A stretch of DNA of 64,000 nt from Fimbriimonadales bacterium (GTDB taxonomy: Bacteria; Armatimonadota; Fimbriimonadia; Fimbriimonadales; JABRVX01): positions 1 to 64,000 of the forward strand of contig BTVI01000004.1 of NCBI GenBank assembly GCA_045862955.1. Direction: 5' to 3'. A program made the position numbers and the translations under genes. Under the pieces are notes generated by a model. That model was not told the origin of the DNA. It did no database searches and was given only the letters and a program-made list of their open reading frames with translations. Shown piece after piece: positions 40,427 through 49,554 of the stretch (positions within the stretch are counted from its first letter, which is position 1; each line of letters starts with the position of its first letter).

Positions 40427-41339
40427 GCACATCCAACCGGGCGACCGCGTGGGCATCATCGCTCCCGCAAGCCCCGTCACAAGGGAGCAGATCGAGGACG
40501 GACTGCAACTCCTCGAGCAGAGGGGTTACGTCCCGGTGCTGGGGGAGCACCTCTGGGAGCAGGACGGCTTCTTGGCAGGTCCGGACGAACACCGTGCTGC
40601 AGACATCGAGCGTATGTTTGCGGACGACAGCATCCGCGCCGTCATCTGCGCGCGCGGTGGATACGGTGTGGCGCGAGCGTTGGATCACCTCGACACTTCG
40701 GTCATTGCCGAGAACCCGAAGCTGCTGGTCGGATTCAGTGACGTGACCATGCTGCACCTCGCTTGCCAGGCGGAAGCCGACCTCGTTACCCTGTATGGCC
40801 CCATGCTGATCACCTTCTCCGTCCAACGCCCGGCATGGGTAGCCGAGATGTGGTTCCGCGCCATGGAAGTGCCCGAACCGTTGCCTACCCTTCCTGTCGA
40901 AGGCCGGGCTGACTGCCTTACCTCCGGTACCGCGGAGGGCATCGTACTCGGCGGATGCCTGTGCCTGCTCACCGACAGCATCGGCACTCCGTACGAACCA
41001 GACACAGCCGAAAGCATCCTGCTGCTAGAGGACGTGGACGAGCAGCCGCACCGGGTGGACGCGATGCTCCAGCATTTGAAGCAGGGCGGTCTTCTCGCAG
41101 CCGCCGAAGGCATTGTTGTCGGCGAGATGACCCGCACAGACGAAAAGCCGGACCCCGGAATCGGAGTGCGTTCCGCCGAGAGCATCGTCGCCGACCACCT
41201 GAGCGGGCGAGGCGTGCCCGCGGTGACCGGCTTCCCTTTCGGGCACATGACGGCCCCGCTGACACTTCCTCTCGGGATCCGCGCTCGATTGGACGCAGAC
41301 GCCGGCACTCTTACGTATCTGGAATCCGCAACTTCTTGA
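40413..41339 (+). CDS. LD-carboxypeptidase (peptidase S66)
   Basis: IIAPAS, ARGGYG, GFSDVT, LLEDVDE, FGH catalytic motifs. Confidence 0.93.
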   Translation: MIKPRHIQPGDRVGIIAPASPVTREQIEDGLQLLEQRGYVPVLGEHLWEQDGFLAGPDEHRAADIERMFADDSIRAVICARGGYGVARALDHLDTSVIAENPKLLVGFSDVTMLHLACQAEADLVTLYGPMLITFSVQRPAWVAEMWFRAMEVPEPLPTLPVEGRADCLTSGTAEGIVLGGCLCLLTDSIGTPYEPDTAESILLLEDVDEQPHRVDAMLQHLKQGGLLAAAEGIVVGEMTRTDEKPDPGIGVRSAESIVADHLSGRGVPAVTGFPFGHMTAPLTLPLGIRARLDADAGTLTYLESATS

Positions 41340-41352
41340 GCCGGAGGATCCT

Positions 41353-42783
41353 GTGCTGAATCATCTCGTCGTCCCGCTATCACTGCTGCTTGCCCAGAGC
41401 ATCACCAAGACCGTTGCGCCCGGCGTCACATACACGCAAGAGATTCGCACCTCGCCGCCGATGGTTATCCACGCGGTGCGAGCGAGCGTCGGCAAGGAGG
41501 GTGTATCGGCGCGTGTTGCGCTGGCCGGCGAGGGGATTACGACAGGCAGCGTGGAGGATGGGCGCGAGCCACTAAGTCGCATCTCTGCCCGCTACCGGGC
41601 GGTGGTCGCGGTCAACGGCGACTACTTCCCTTTCACCGGTGACCCTCTAGGCCTATGCGTTCTTAGCGGAGACCTCGTCAGTGAAGCCGCACGGAACCGA
41701 GGAGCCATCGGCTGGACCCGCGATGCGGCGTGGCTCGTGGGCAATCCGACCTTCGTGGGGGAGGCCATCGGTCCGACGGGCACGAAGGTGACCATCTCGG
41801 GGGTCAATCGCGATTGCGGGCCGGGTGAGAACGTTCTCTGGCTCCCATCCGGGGGCAATCGCGCCAAATGCTCGAAGCCGGGCCCAGCGGTCATCTTCCG
41901 TGCGCTCAGCCGGCCATTCGACGAAGCGACCCCGTCGGACGCGGTGTTCGCAGAGATAATGCGGGACGTCACGGAAGCTGCCATCCCGCCGGATGGTGCG
42001 GTGCTGTTCGTCAAGGACAACCGCGCCGAAGCGCTGTTGACCGACATCGCGTCGGGAGGCATCTGGAAGTTCACTGTGCAGACGGTGGACGCCGCGAACT
42101 GGCGCGAAGCTCAGTTCGCGATCGGCGGTGGACCGTGGTTGGTTCGTGACGGCAAGAAGTTCGTTGACTGGCAAGCACAGGGATTCACCGCCACACACGC
42201 CACTGCGCGCCACCCTCGGACCGCTATCGGTCACACGGCTGCCGGCGACCTGCTGCTCGTCGTAGTGGAGGGGCGATCGGCGACGAGTTCAGGGATGACC
42301 TTGGACGAGCTCGCGGATTTGATGCTGTCGCTCGGTGCCTACAACGCACTCAACTTAGACGGAGGGGGTTCCACCCAGATGATGGTGCGGGGCCTAGCAG
42401 TGAGCGCGCCCTCGGATGGGGTCGAACGTCCTATTGCGAACGCGATTGTGCTGCTGGCACCAGAGGCCACTGTGAGCCAACTCGCGCTAAGCATGGAGCC
42501 CAAAGTGGCCAGGGCAACCGTCGGCCAGACCCTGTCTTGGCAGGTGAAGGTCGCCTCGACCGGCGAGGCTCTGGCACATTCCGAGATCGTTTGGGGCTGC
42601 ACTCCCGGCGTCGGGTGGATCGACCAGTTCGGCACCTTTCGCGCCAACAAGGCTGGGATGGCTGTCGTGTCCGCTTTTGCACGAGGAAGAACTCTGAGGT
42701 CCGTCATCCTAATCGCACCAAAATCCGCAACTTCTGGGAACTTCGAGGACCGGCTGCTTGTATCTATAGGTGCACTACCATAA
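41353..42783 (+). CDS. Phosphodiester glycosidase (NAGPA) family exported protein
   Basis: AVNGDYF, GGGPWLV, RHPRTAIG, VEGR, ALNLDGGGS; C-terminal Ig-like segment. Confidence 0.88.
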   Translation: MLNHLVVPLSLLLAQSITKTVAPGVTYTQEIRTSPPMVIHAVRASVGKEGVSARVALAGEGITTGSVEDGREPLSRISARYRAVVAVNGDYFPFTGDPLGLCVLSGDLVSEAARNRGAIGWTRDAAWLVGNPTFVGEAIGPTGTKVTISGVNRDCGPGENVLWLPSGGNRAKCSKPGPAVIFRALSRPFDEATPSDAVFAEIMRDVTEAAIPPDGAVLFVKDNRAEALLTDIASGGIWKFTVQTVDAANWREAQFAIGGGPWLVRDGKKFVDWQAQGFTATHATARHPRTAIGHTAAGDLLLVVVEGRSATSSGMTLDELADLMLSLGAYNALNLDGGGSTQMMVRGLAVSAPSDGVERPIANAIVLLAPEATVSQLALSMEPKVARATVGQTLSWQVKVASTGEALAHSEIVWGCTPGVGWIDQFGTFRANKAGMAVVSAFARGRTLRSVILIAPKSATSGNFEDRLLVSIGALP

Positions 42784-42800
42784 AGTGCCTGCCTACACCC

Positions 42801-42832
42801 GAGACGGCCCCGGCGCCCGTCGGGGTCGTCTC
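42801..42832 (+). terminator. Hairpin after the NAGPA gene
   Basis: GAGACGGCCCCG..CGGGGTCGTCTC stem with one G-U pair. Confidence 0.6.
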
Positions 42833-42961
42833 TCCGATTTCTGCACCGTCAGCTCCTAGCCATCGGCCTCATTAGAGGGCCGTCGGCTGCGCGATTCCTG
42901 AACGTCGCTGCCCCTTGCGTTTTGGGGTTACCGTATAACCGCCAGTTATCAACTTACTGAG

Positions 42962-42990
42962 TTGCACTTCAGGACAGGCTGGGATACAAT
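42962..42990 (+). promoter_or_regulatory. Sigma70-type promoter for PEP-CTERM copy 1
   Basis: TTGCAC-17bp-TACAAT, 130 bp before the start codon. Confidence 0.7.
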
Positions 42991-43120
42991 AGCCATGGTG
43001 AGATAGCGCCGGACATCCTTACATGCCTTACTTCGAGACCGGAAGCCCGGTAACAATATCTAGCTGCGCTTATTTGATTCGCACCATCCCTGGATAGTCA
43101 GAAAAAGGGGAGAGCACATC

Positions 43121-43774
43121 GTGCGAATCACTGCATTAACTTCAGGACTCACCTTGTCCGTGCTCGCCCTCGGGCTGCCCGCGTTCGGCACAAACACGTA
43201 CGCCGGCAGCGACTGGATCCTCGAGACCGATATGAACGGTCAGATCGAGCTCTCCGGAAGCTTCATCGACTTCGCGAGCGGCCAGGTCACGACCGGCGTG
43301 ACGGCGCTCGACATCACGGGTGGCGCCTTCTTCTCCATGCTGATGCCGCTTCCGCTGGGCCTCGACCTTTACGAGGTGGACTGGAACGGCAACTCGACGC
43401 TCGGGGACATCGGCGACCGTCTCCTCCGCGTGTACGGCGACGACCCGGGCGAGACGCCCATCTTCATAGATGGCCTTGCCCTCGCGTGGATGAACCCAGA
43501 CCTCGCCGATTACGACTTGGAGATCCGGTTACTGCGCGTGAGCACGACGATCAAGGCAAAGTCCGGCAATCGTGTCTACGAGCTGCGCGACGGTAAGGGC
43601 TTTATCTTGGAGGGTCTGGCCTGGGCCAAGCCTGGAACAGGTCGAGAGAACGGCTACCTCGCCGCCTCTTCGAAGTTCTTCCTGACCCGGCCGGTGCCTG
43701 AGCCGCACGCCATTGTCGGGGTCTTCCTCGGCTTTGCAGCCTTGCTCGGCACTCGCGCACGCCGCCGAACTTAA
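43121..43774 (+). CDS. PEP-CTERM protein (copy 1)
   Basis: Signal peptide; C-terminal VPEP, TM helix, RARRRT. Confidence 0.9.
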   Translation: MRITALTSGLTLSVLALGLPAFGTNTYAGSDWILETDMNGQIELSGSFIDFASGQVTTGVTALDITGGAFFSMLMPLPLGLDLYEVDWNGNSTLGDIGDRLLRVYGDDPGETPIFIDGLALAWMNPDLADYDLEIRLLRVSTTIKAKSGNRVYELRDGKGFILEGLAWAKPGTGRENGYLAASSKFFLTRPVPEPHAIVGVFLGFAALLGTRARRRT

Positions 43775-43792
43775 CAGGAACTCAACCTAACC

Positions 43793-43832
43793 GGCTTCCT
43801 CATCGAACGCGAGAGCGTTCGGCGGGGAAGCC
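43793..43832 (+). terminator. Hairpin between the PEP-CTERM copies
   Basis: GGCTTCC..CGAACGC-GAGA-GCGTTCG..GGAAGCC. Confidence 0.65.
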
Positions 43833-43955
43833 ATTCTCATTGCGCCTATCCTACACCGCTGCGGTCTCTGCGCCTGCTTTGCGCAGCTCTGCGTGAGCAC
43901 CCGAGCCCCATCCTACACCCGCATTAGTTCCTGCTTTGCCGGAGATCGGCGCGCT

Positions 43956-43971
43956 CGGCACGGCACTTGCA
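43956..43971 (+). promoter_or_regulatory. Sigma54-type -24/-12 promoter for PEP-CTERM copy 2
   Basis: CGGCACGGCACTTGCA versus consensus TGGCACG-N4-TTGC(A/T): one mismatch, about 50 bp before ATG. Confidence 0.65.
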
Positions 43972-44020
43972 CTCCCCCTAGGCGAACCACGCTTTAGGAC
44001 CTTGCCGAGGAGAGCACAGC

Positions 44021-44671
44021 ATGAGAACAGCAACATTAGCCGCAACGTTCGCCGCAGGGGCCCTGTGTTTGGCCCTGCCCGCTGCAGCGAACACCTACGC
44101 AGGCAGCGACTGGACACTGGAGTACAACCTCAACGGGCAGATCGAGCTATCGGCCTCGCTCATCGACTTCGCCAGCGGGAACCAGACGACACCCGTGACC
44201 GCCCTTGACATCGCAGGTGGCGCCAATTTCGGGATCACCGTTCCGCTGCCCCTCGACATAGACATGTACGAGGTGGACTGGAACGGCAACTCGACCCTCG
44301 GGGACATCGGTGACCGCCTCCTCCGAGTGTACGGGGATGACCCGGGCGAGACGCCGGTCGTGATTGACGGCTCATACCTGGCCTGGATGAACCCGGTGCT
44401 GGCCGACTACGATCTGGAGATCACGCTCGCACGCATCTCCACCACCATCATGGCCAAGAACGGCGCGCGAGTGTATGATCTGCGTGACGGTAAGGGCTTC
44501 GTTCTCGAGGGCTACGCCTGGGCCAAGCCCGGCACGGGGCGCGAGGACGGCACCCTGGCCGCATCGTCCAAGTTCTTCCTGACCCGGCCAGTGCCCGAAC
44601 CGAGCACCCTGGCAGGCCTTGCCATCGGACTTACTACCCTCCTGAGTCTGCGAGCACGCCGCAGGGCGTGA
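44021..44671 (+). CDS. PEP-CTERM protein (copy 2, tandem paralogue)
   Basis: Signal peptide; VPEPSTLAGLAIGL..RARRRA; shares a 30-aa identical block with copy 1. Confidence 0.92.
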   Translation: MRTATLAATFAAGALCLALPAAANTYAGSDWTLEYNLNGQIELSASLIDFASGNQTTPVTALDIAGGANFGITVPLPLDIDMYEVDWNGNSTLGDIGDRLLRVYGDDPGETPVVIDGSYLAWMNPVLADYDLEITLARISTTIMAKNGARVYDLRDGKGFVLEGYAWAKPGTGREDGTLAASSKFFLTRPVPEPSTLAGLAIGLTTLLSLRARRRA

Positions 44672-44691
44672 GAGTGACTGGGCCTAACCGC

Positions 44692-44726
44692 CTCCCCCAC
44701 CGGTGTCCCCGCAGCCGGTGGGGGAG
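44692..44726. terminator. Bidirectional hairpin between convergent genes
   Basis: CTCCCCCACCGG..CCGGTGGGGGAG 12-bp perfect stem. Confidence 0.75.
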
Positions 44727-44746
44727 CGTTCATTTGGAAAGGGAGT

Positions 44747-47700
44747 CTATTGGATGGGCCAAGCGCCGTGCGCTTCGATCACTTCGTCTATCTGCTTCAT
44801 GATCTGCTGCGTCTCGCGCAGATTGGCGACGATGGCGGTGTAGTGCTGTAGGTCGTCGTACGAGAGCGTGCGGCCCTTGCGGTCCCTCAGCCACTTCTCG
44901 CAGGGCTGGTACCCACCGATGCGGTGCTCCCACACAGCTTGCGGCACCGGCGCGAAGTACTGAGACTTGTTGATGTACACGCGGCCATTCGGGACTCGGT
45001 TTGGGAGTGCGCGAGCCTGCTCGCGCTCTGCGCTTTCTGCCGGGGCCTGCACGGCGTCCGAAAGCGCGAGCGAGCTCGCGCACTCCCAAAGCTTCCCTGC
45101 CTCGGCTCCGCGCACGTACTGCACCTTCTCCACCTTGTTGTCGCCCTTCACGGGGAATAGGGGTGGGTCCGCGGCGGTCTGCTTCATCGTATGAAGGCCA
45201 ACGAGCCGCTCGCCGAGCGGAACCAGCGCGCGCCATAGGTCGGGGTTGGACGTAAGTGGGATGCGCGGGAAGTCGAGCTTCAGGAACTCGGCGTAGCGGC
45301 TGCGGTACGTCGGCGAGTGTAGGATGGCGTAAATGTAGTGGAAGATGTCCTCGGGCGGCACGTGCTGCCCACCGAGCGCTCCATAAACCGACTGCAGGAA
45401 GTCGTGCGAGAGATTCGGCTCGCGCAACAGACCTCTCGCGCCCTCGTGGTCGAGCCAGAGCGGCACAAGATAGCCGATTTCGGCTGTGCGGTTTGATACG
45501 TAGCACGACTCCACTACGTGGTCGGCTGCTAGTACATGCACCCAATCCCCCACGGACGTCTGGCGGGTAGCTACCAGCCCCAGGTTCTCCCCCGCCAGCA
45601 TGTATCGCATGACGTCACCGCGCGGCATGCAGTGGAAGCCGCGGGATCGGCCGGTGTAGTACGTCCACCGCACGTCAAACGGGCGGTACAACACGGGCAC
45701 GATCCTATCCTCGCTCGGTCCGCTGTCACGCAAGTCCTTCTGCGCGATGTGCACCTTCCAATCCCGGGCGTCCGGCCCTAGCCGGTACTTGGCGCGAGCC
45801 TCCTCGGCAGGTAGCCCGACGAAGTCGAGAACCGTGTTCCACAGGTCGGCCTTTGCGAAATGGATCGTAAGACTATCACGCGCGGTTACGATGCCCACGC
45901 TGTTCACCGGGAAGATGTCAGGTAGCTTCCAGCCCTGCTCATACTCTTGGCGCAGTGCGTCGTCCCGCGGCACGAACAGATAGAAGGTACTACCTGGCGA
46001 CAGCGTGGTCCAGTCGGTGGTAGTGACGTCTTCGGCTGCCAGGTATTCGTACTTCGCCTCGCGCCTCCCGTACAGGTCGGCGTGGAACACCCTCTTCTCG
46101 CCCGAGCCACGTTTCACGAAGATGCCGATGGCTACCCCCTGCTGGATCTCGAACACGTTCTCGTCCGGCCCGCCGTCCGGCGCCTTCTCCTTCTTCTTCG
46201 TGTTGCCGTGCAGGTCAAGCAGGTAGATGTCGTCGAAGGCGCGCATCAGGCTCTGCCTCATGCCACGGAAGGTGGGGTTGTCCAGGTATCCGTGGTTGCT
46301 GACGAACGCCAGGATGCCGTAGCCGGTGCGCTCGATTCGCCACTGGGCGAAGCGGATGAACTTCACATAGTCGTCGTTCAGCCACTTCGGGTTCCTCTCG
46401 CCGAGCGGCTTGCCATCGCAGAGGAAGTAGCTGCTCTGCCCCAGGTGCTCCCCCTGCCCTCGCATCAGGTCGTGAATCCACTTCCCCTTGTTCGCACTGT
46501 GGCCGGAGTAGGGTGGATTCCCGAGGATCACCATCACCGGCACATCCTTCTTCACTCGTCCCGCCGCCGCCGCTTCTGCCACCAGCCAGTAGGTGTGCGG
46601 TAGGCCCGGCTGCGCCGTGAACGCCTGCTCCAACGTGTTGGTCAGATATACGTTCAGGCGTTCGTCCGAGTGGAAGGTATATCCGCTGTCCAGAAGTTGC
46701 AGGCCCAGCTTCATGTGCGCGACGGTGTACGGGGCGACGAGCAGCTCGAAGCCGTACAGCCGGGGGAGCAGGTGCTCCGCCACGTATCTCGGCCACATCC
46801 CCTCGTTCCCGACGAAGGTTTCGCGGATCAGATCAATCACCTTGAATAGGAAGGTGCCCGTGCCCGCGGCGGGGTCCAAGATCTGCACCTTGTGCACTTC
46901 CGGCTCTTCCAGCGTGGCGCCCGGCACCTTGGTAGCATCCGCCAGGCCGTCCTTCAGCCCGAAGTCCCGCTTCAGGATGGCGTCCACGCTGCGCACGATG
47001 TAAGACACCACCGGCTCCGGAGTGTAGTACACGCCGCGCGTCTCCCGCATCTTGGGGTCGTATTCGCCGAGGAAGGTCTCGTAGAAGTGCACCACGGGGT
47101 CGTCCTGCTTGGTGCGCTTGCCGAACTCCGCCAGGATGGCGCCGGTGTCCGTGCGGTTCAGCATCTCCGCGAGGTCGTCCACGGCCCAGCAGAATGGCTG
47201 GTCCTCGATTTCCGTTCCCGCGATGGTTTCGAAGAACTTGCGTAGGAAGGGGTTGGTCTTCGGGAGATCGTATGGCGCGTCGCGGCGAGTGAAGCGCCCC
47301 TTGCCCAGATCGTGGTAGCAGCGGGCGGTAAACAGGCCGTAGCAGAGGGTCTGCGCGTACATGTCGGCGAACTGCGCTTCATCCAGGTCGCCCACGAGCA
47401 CGTACCGGAAGGATGCAATCTGCTGGTGCAGGTGGCTTGTCTTGCTGTCGGTCTCTAGCGCCCTCCTTACTCCCTCCCGAATGAGGCGCGAGTAGCCCGC
47501 CATGCGCCCGGCCAACTCCCTGGGGTTCGCGGGGCAGGGGCCCTGGAAGGCCATGAACTGCGTGGTCAGCTCCTCGAGCAGGTCGGCCCCGTGCTTGCTA
47601 GGCTTCAGCTTGCCGTCTTTGTCGAGGGTGGCGACGCGGGCCTTCATCCGCACCTCGCCGCCCGCGATCCAGCGGAACTCCAGGTAGTCGGTGAGGATGA

Positions 47701-47989
47701 GGCTGGAAAGGCCCTCCACGTAGCGCGCGACTTGCTCGGACTTCGTGACTTTGTCGAGGTCCGTGCCGACGTCCTTGGCTTCCACGTAGCCGATGGGGAC
47801 GTTGCCCTGCGTGATGACGAAATCGGGCGCGCCGCACTCCACGTGCCTGGGCTCATTGGTGGCGGTGCAGCCGGGCATCAGCGCCTCGAGAAGCGTCTTT
47901 AGCGCGGGGCGGTGGGTGTGCTCCGTGGCGTGGCCGACATCGAGTTCCTTGCCGATGCTTTTCAGGTAGTCGGCAATGACGTTCATCAC
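44747..47989 (-). CDS. Single-chain restriction-modification enzyme: PD-(D/E)XK nuclease + N6-adenine methyltransferase + type ISP-like specificity domain
   Basis: GAPDF..GYVEAK, GVYYTP, ILDPAAGTGTF, GNPPY, YRPFD, YIYAILHSPTYR..DFPRIP; no helicase motifs seen. Confidence 0.9.
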   Translation of the reverse strand: MMNVIADYLKSIGKELDVGHATEHTHRPALKTLLEALMPGCTATNEPRHVECGAPDFVITQGNVPIGYVEAKDVGTDLDKVTKSEQVARYVEGLSSLILTDYLEFRWIAGGEVRMKARVATLDKDGKLKPSKHGADLLEELTTQFMAFQGPCPANPRELAGRMAGYSRLIREGVRRALETDSKTSHLHQQIASFRYVLVGDLDEAQFADMYAQTLCYGLFTARCYHDLGKGRFTRRDAPYDLPKTNPFLRKFFETIAGTEIEDQPFCWAVDDLAEMLNRTDTGAILAEFGKRTKQDDPVVHFYETFLGEYDPKMRETRGVYYTPEPVVSYIVRSVDAILKRDFGLKDGLADATKVPGATLEEPEVHKVQILDPAAGTGTFLFKVIDLIRETFVGNEGMWPRYVAEHLLPRLYGFELLVAPYTVAHMKLGLQLLDSGYTFHSDERLNVYLTNTLEQAFTAQPGLPHTYWLVAEAAAAGRVKKDVPVMVILGNPPYSGHSANKGKWIHDLMRGQGEHLGQSSYFLCDGKPLGERNPKWLNDDYVKFIRFAQWRIERTGYGILAFVSNHGYLDNPTFRGMRQSLMRAFDDIYLLDLHGNTKKKEKAPDGGPDENVFEIQQGVAIGIFVKRGSGEKRVFHADLYGRREAKYEYLAAEDVTTTDWTTLSPGSTFYLFVPRDDALRQEYEQGWKLPDIFPVNSVGIVTARDSLTIHFAKADLWNTVLDFVGLPAEEARAKYRLGPDARDWKVHIAQKDLRDSGPSEDRIVPVLYRPFDVRWTYYTGRSRGFHCMPRGDVMRYMLAGENLGLVATRQTSVGDWVHVLAADHVVESCYVSNRTAEIGYLVPLWLDHEGARGLLREPNLSHDFLQSVYGALGGQHVPPEDIFHYIYAILHSPTYRSRYAEFLKLDFPRIPLTSNPDLWRALVPLGERLVGLHTMKQTAADPPLFPVKGDNKVEKVQYVRGAEAGKLWECASSLALSDAVQAPAESAEREQARALPNRVPNGRVYINKSQYFAPVPQAVWEHRIGGYQPCEKWLRDRKGRTLSYDDLQHYTAIVANLRETQQIMKQIDEVIEAHGAWPIQ
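45000..45090. repeat. REP-like palindromic doublet inside the R-M coding sequence
   Basis: 17-bp perfect terminal inverted repeat TTTGGGAGTGCGCGAGC/GCTCGCGCACTCCCAAA; each arm has an internal GCGCGAGC-N2-GCTCGCGC palindrome. Confidence 0.85.
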
Positions 47990-48076
47990 CGCAAGAGGTT
48001 AGCGAATCCGGGCAGTTGTCCTGCCACTCCGTTCCGGTAGACTCCATCCACTTCAGCCGAATAGGGGGATGGAGGG

Positions 48077-48556
48077 ATGGCATTATCGCCCACGACCAAG
48101 CAGCGACTCGAGATGCAAGGGTTTACGGGGTTAGACGAGGCAACTTTGTGCAGCGTCGAGCCGGCAGCTAGGCTGACGCCGCTGCTCTGTTCACTCTCAG
48201 CCCTGATCACCGGTCTGAGCGCCTCGGCATACGTCGCATGGGTGTTTGCCGCGCTCGGAATCTTGGGAGCCGTCTTCCCCCGTCACGCTTTCGACTCGCT
48301 GTACAACTTCGTGCTTCGCCCTCTCTTCCGAGGGCCCGCGTTGCCGCCCAACGGCGGCGGCAGGCGGTTAGCCTGCGGCATGGGCGGGTTGATGCTGGCA
48401 GGCGCCGGATGGGCGTTTTGGGCCGGTGCGACCACGTTGGGCTACGTGCTGTGCGGGATCATGACCGTGATGGCAGCGACCGCCGGACTTACCCACTTCT
48501 GCCTAGCGGCGTTGATCTACCGTGCGGTTTTCGGGCGGCGCGGCCCGGCAACCTAG
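48077..48556 (+). CDS. DUF4395-like membrane protein
   Basis: RLACGMG..AATAGLTHFCLAALIY; hydrophobic; GGAGG RBS. Confidence 0.75.
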   Translation: MALSPTTKQRLEMQGFTGLDEATLCSVEPAARLTPLLCSLSALITGLSASAYVAWVFAALGILGAVFPRHAFDSLYNFVLRPLFRGPALPPNGGGRRLACGMGGLMLAGAGWAFWAGATTLGYVLCGIMTVMAATAGLTHFCLAALIYRAVFGRRGPAT

Positions 48557-48560
48557 TTGA

Positions 48561-49019
48561 TTAGAACTCGAAATTGGGCTCTTCCCTTTCCGGCACCGGC
48601 CTACCCATCTGCTTGTAGATCGCCTCGCTCTGCTGAATCAGTGCCGCCGCACGCTCGTTTTTCGGGTCCACTTCCACCGCCTTGCGGAACATCTGCAGCG
48701 CCTGTCGGAATTTGGTGCTACGGGACAGTTCCGGCGCATTCTGGATTGCATCCCCCAGTTCCGTGAGCGCCTTGGAGTACGCCTGCGAAACGGCCACGTC
48801 CTTAGGGGCCTTCTCGTATTTGGCCTTGGCCTCCAGCGTGGAATCACGCAGACGGATGAGCGCTTCCGGCACCGTGGCACCTGGCTGTCCGTGCGGGTTC
48901 TGGATCGGTGGGTGCTGAGGCGGGGGCTCGCTGGTCTTCTCGGGCAGTGGGCCGTTGCACCCCAATAGGAGCGAAGCCGCCACCAAGGTCAGGATGGTAC
49001 TAACGCGCTTGATTACCAC
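48561..49019 (-). CDS. TPR-containing lipoprotein
   Basis: Lipobox LLGC, FRKAVEVDPKN; GTG start after AGGAGG. Confidence 0.8.
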   Translation of the reverse strand: MVIKRVSTILTLVAASLLLGCNGPLPEKTSEPPPQHPPIQNPHGQPGATVPEALIRLRDSTLEAKAKYEKAPKDVAVSQAYSKALTELGDAIQNAPELSRSTKFRQALQMFRKAVEVDPKNERAAALIQQSEAIYKQMGRPVPEREEPNFEF

Positions 49020-49554
49020 TAATCGCCTCCTGGCGCAGAACCTTCGGGTCCAGCGCAGTGTCTTCCAGGTTCTCATTGAACGTCACGAAACCGTTCTCGT
49101 CGTTCGCCCTCAGCGTTAGCTTCGCACCGCCGCGGACGTACACGACTTCTATCCAGCCCTCTCCCTTTTTGCGCGTCCCTTTGCCGAGCCGCTTCTCGTA
49201 CTCGGCGAAGGCGTCCTCTGCCTCGGCAAGGCTCTCCATCACGACGCGGTGGATCATCTTCACCGCACCCTTGCCAGGAACGAAGGCGGCAGCGAAGCTC
49301 TCTTGGCTCGGCAGCTCCCACGCCATGTACTCCAGACCGGGCTCGGCACCCACCTGTTCGGCGATGTCCTTGGCATCGGGCGGCGCGGGCACCGCCTCTT
49401 GGACCTCCTCCGGTGTCGCACCTAAGAAAACTGGCTTCACACCGATCAGTTGCAGCTTCGGTGGTGCCTCCCGACTAGTCTCGGGCTTCGGCTTAGCGCC
49501 CGAGCAGCCGCCCAGCAGCACTCCTAGAACCGCGATCATCAGCAGTCTGCTCAC
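49000..49554 (-). CDS. Hypothetical lipoprotein (paralogue of 49551-50162)
   Basis: Lipobox LGGC; LGATPEEVQEAVPAP, YMAWELP. Confidence 0.8.
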   Translation of the reverse strand: MSRLLMIAVLGVLLGGCSGAKPKPETSREAPPKLQLIGVKPVFLGATPEEVQEAVPAPPDAKDIAEQVGAEPGLEYMAWELPSQESFAAAFVPGKGAVKMIHRVVMESLAEAEDAFAEYEKRLGKGTRKKGEGWIEVVYVRGGAKLTLRANDENGFVTFNENLEDTALDPKVLRQEAISGNQAR

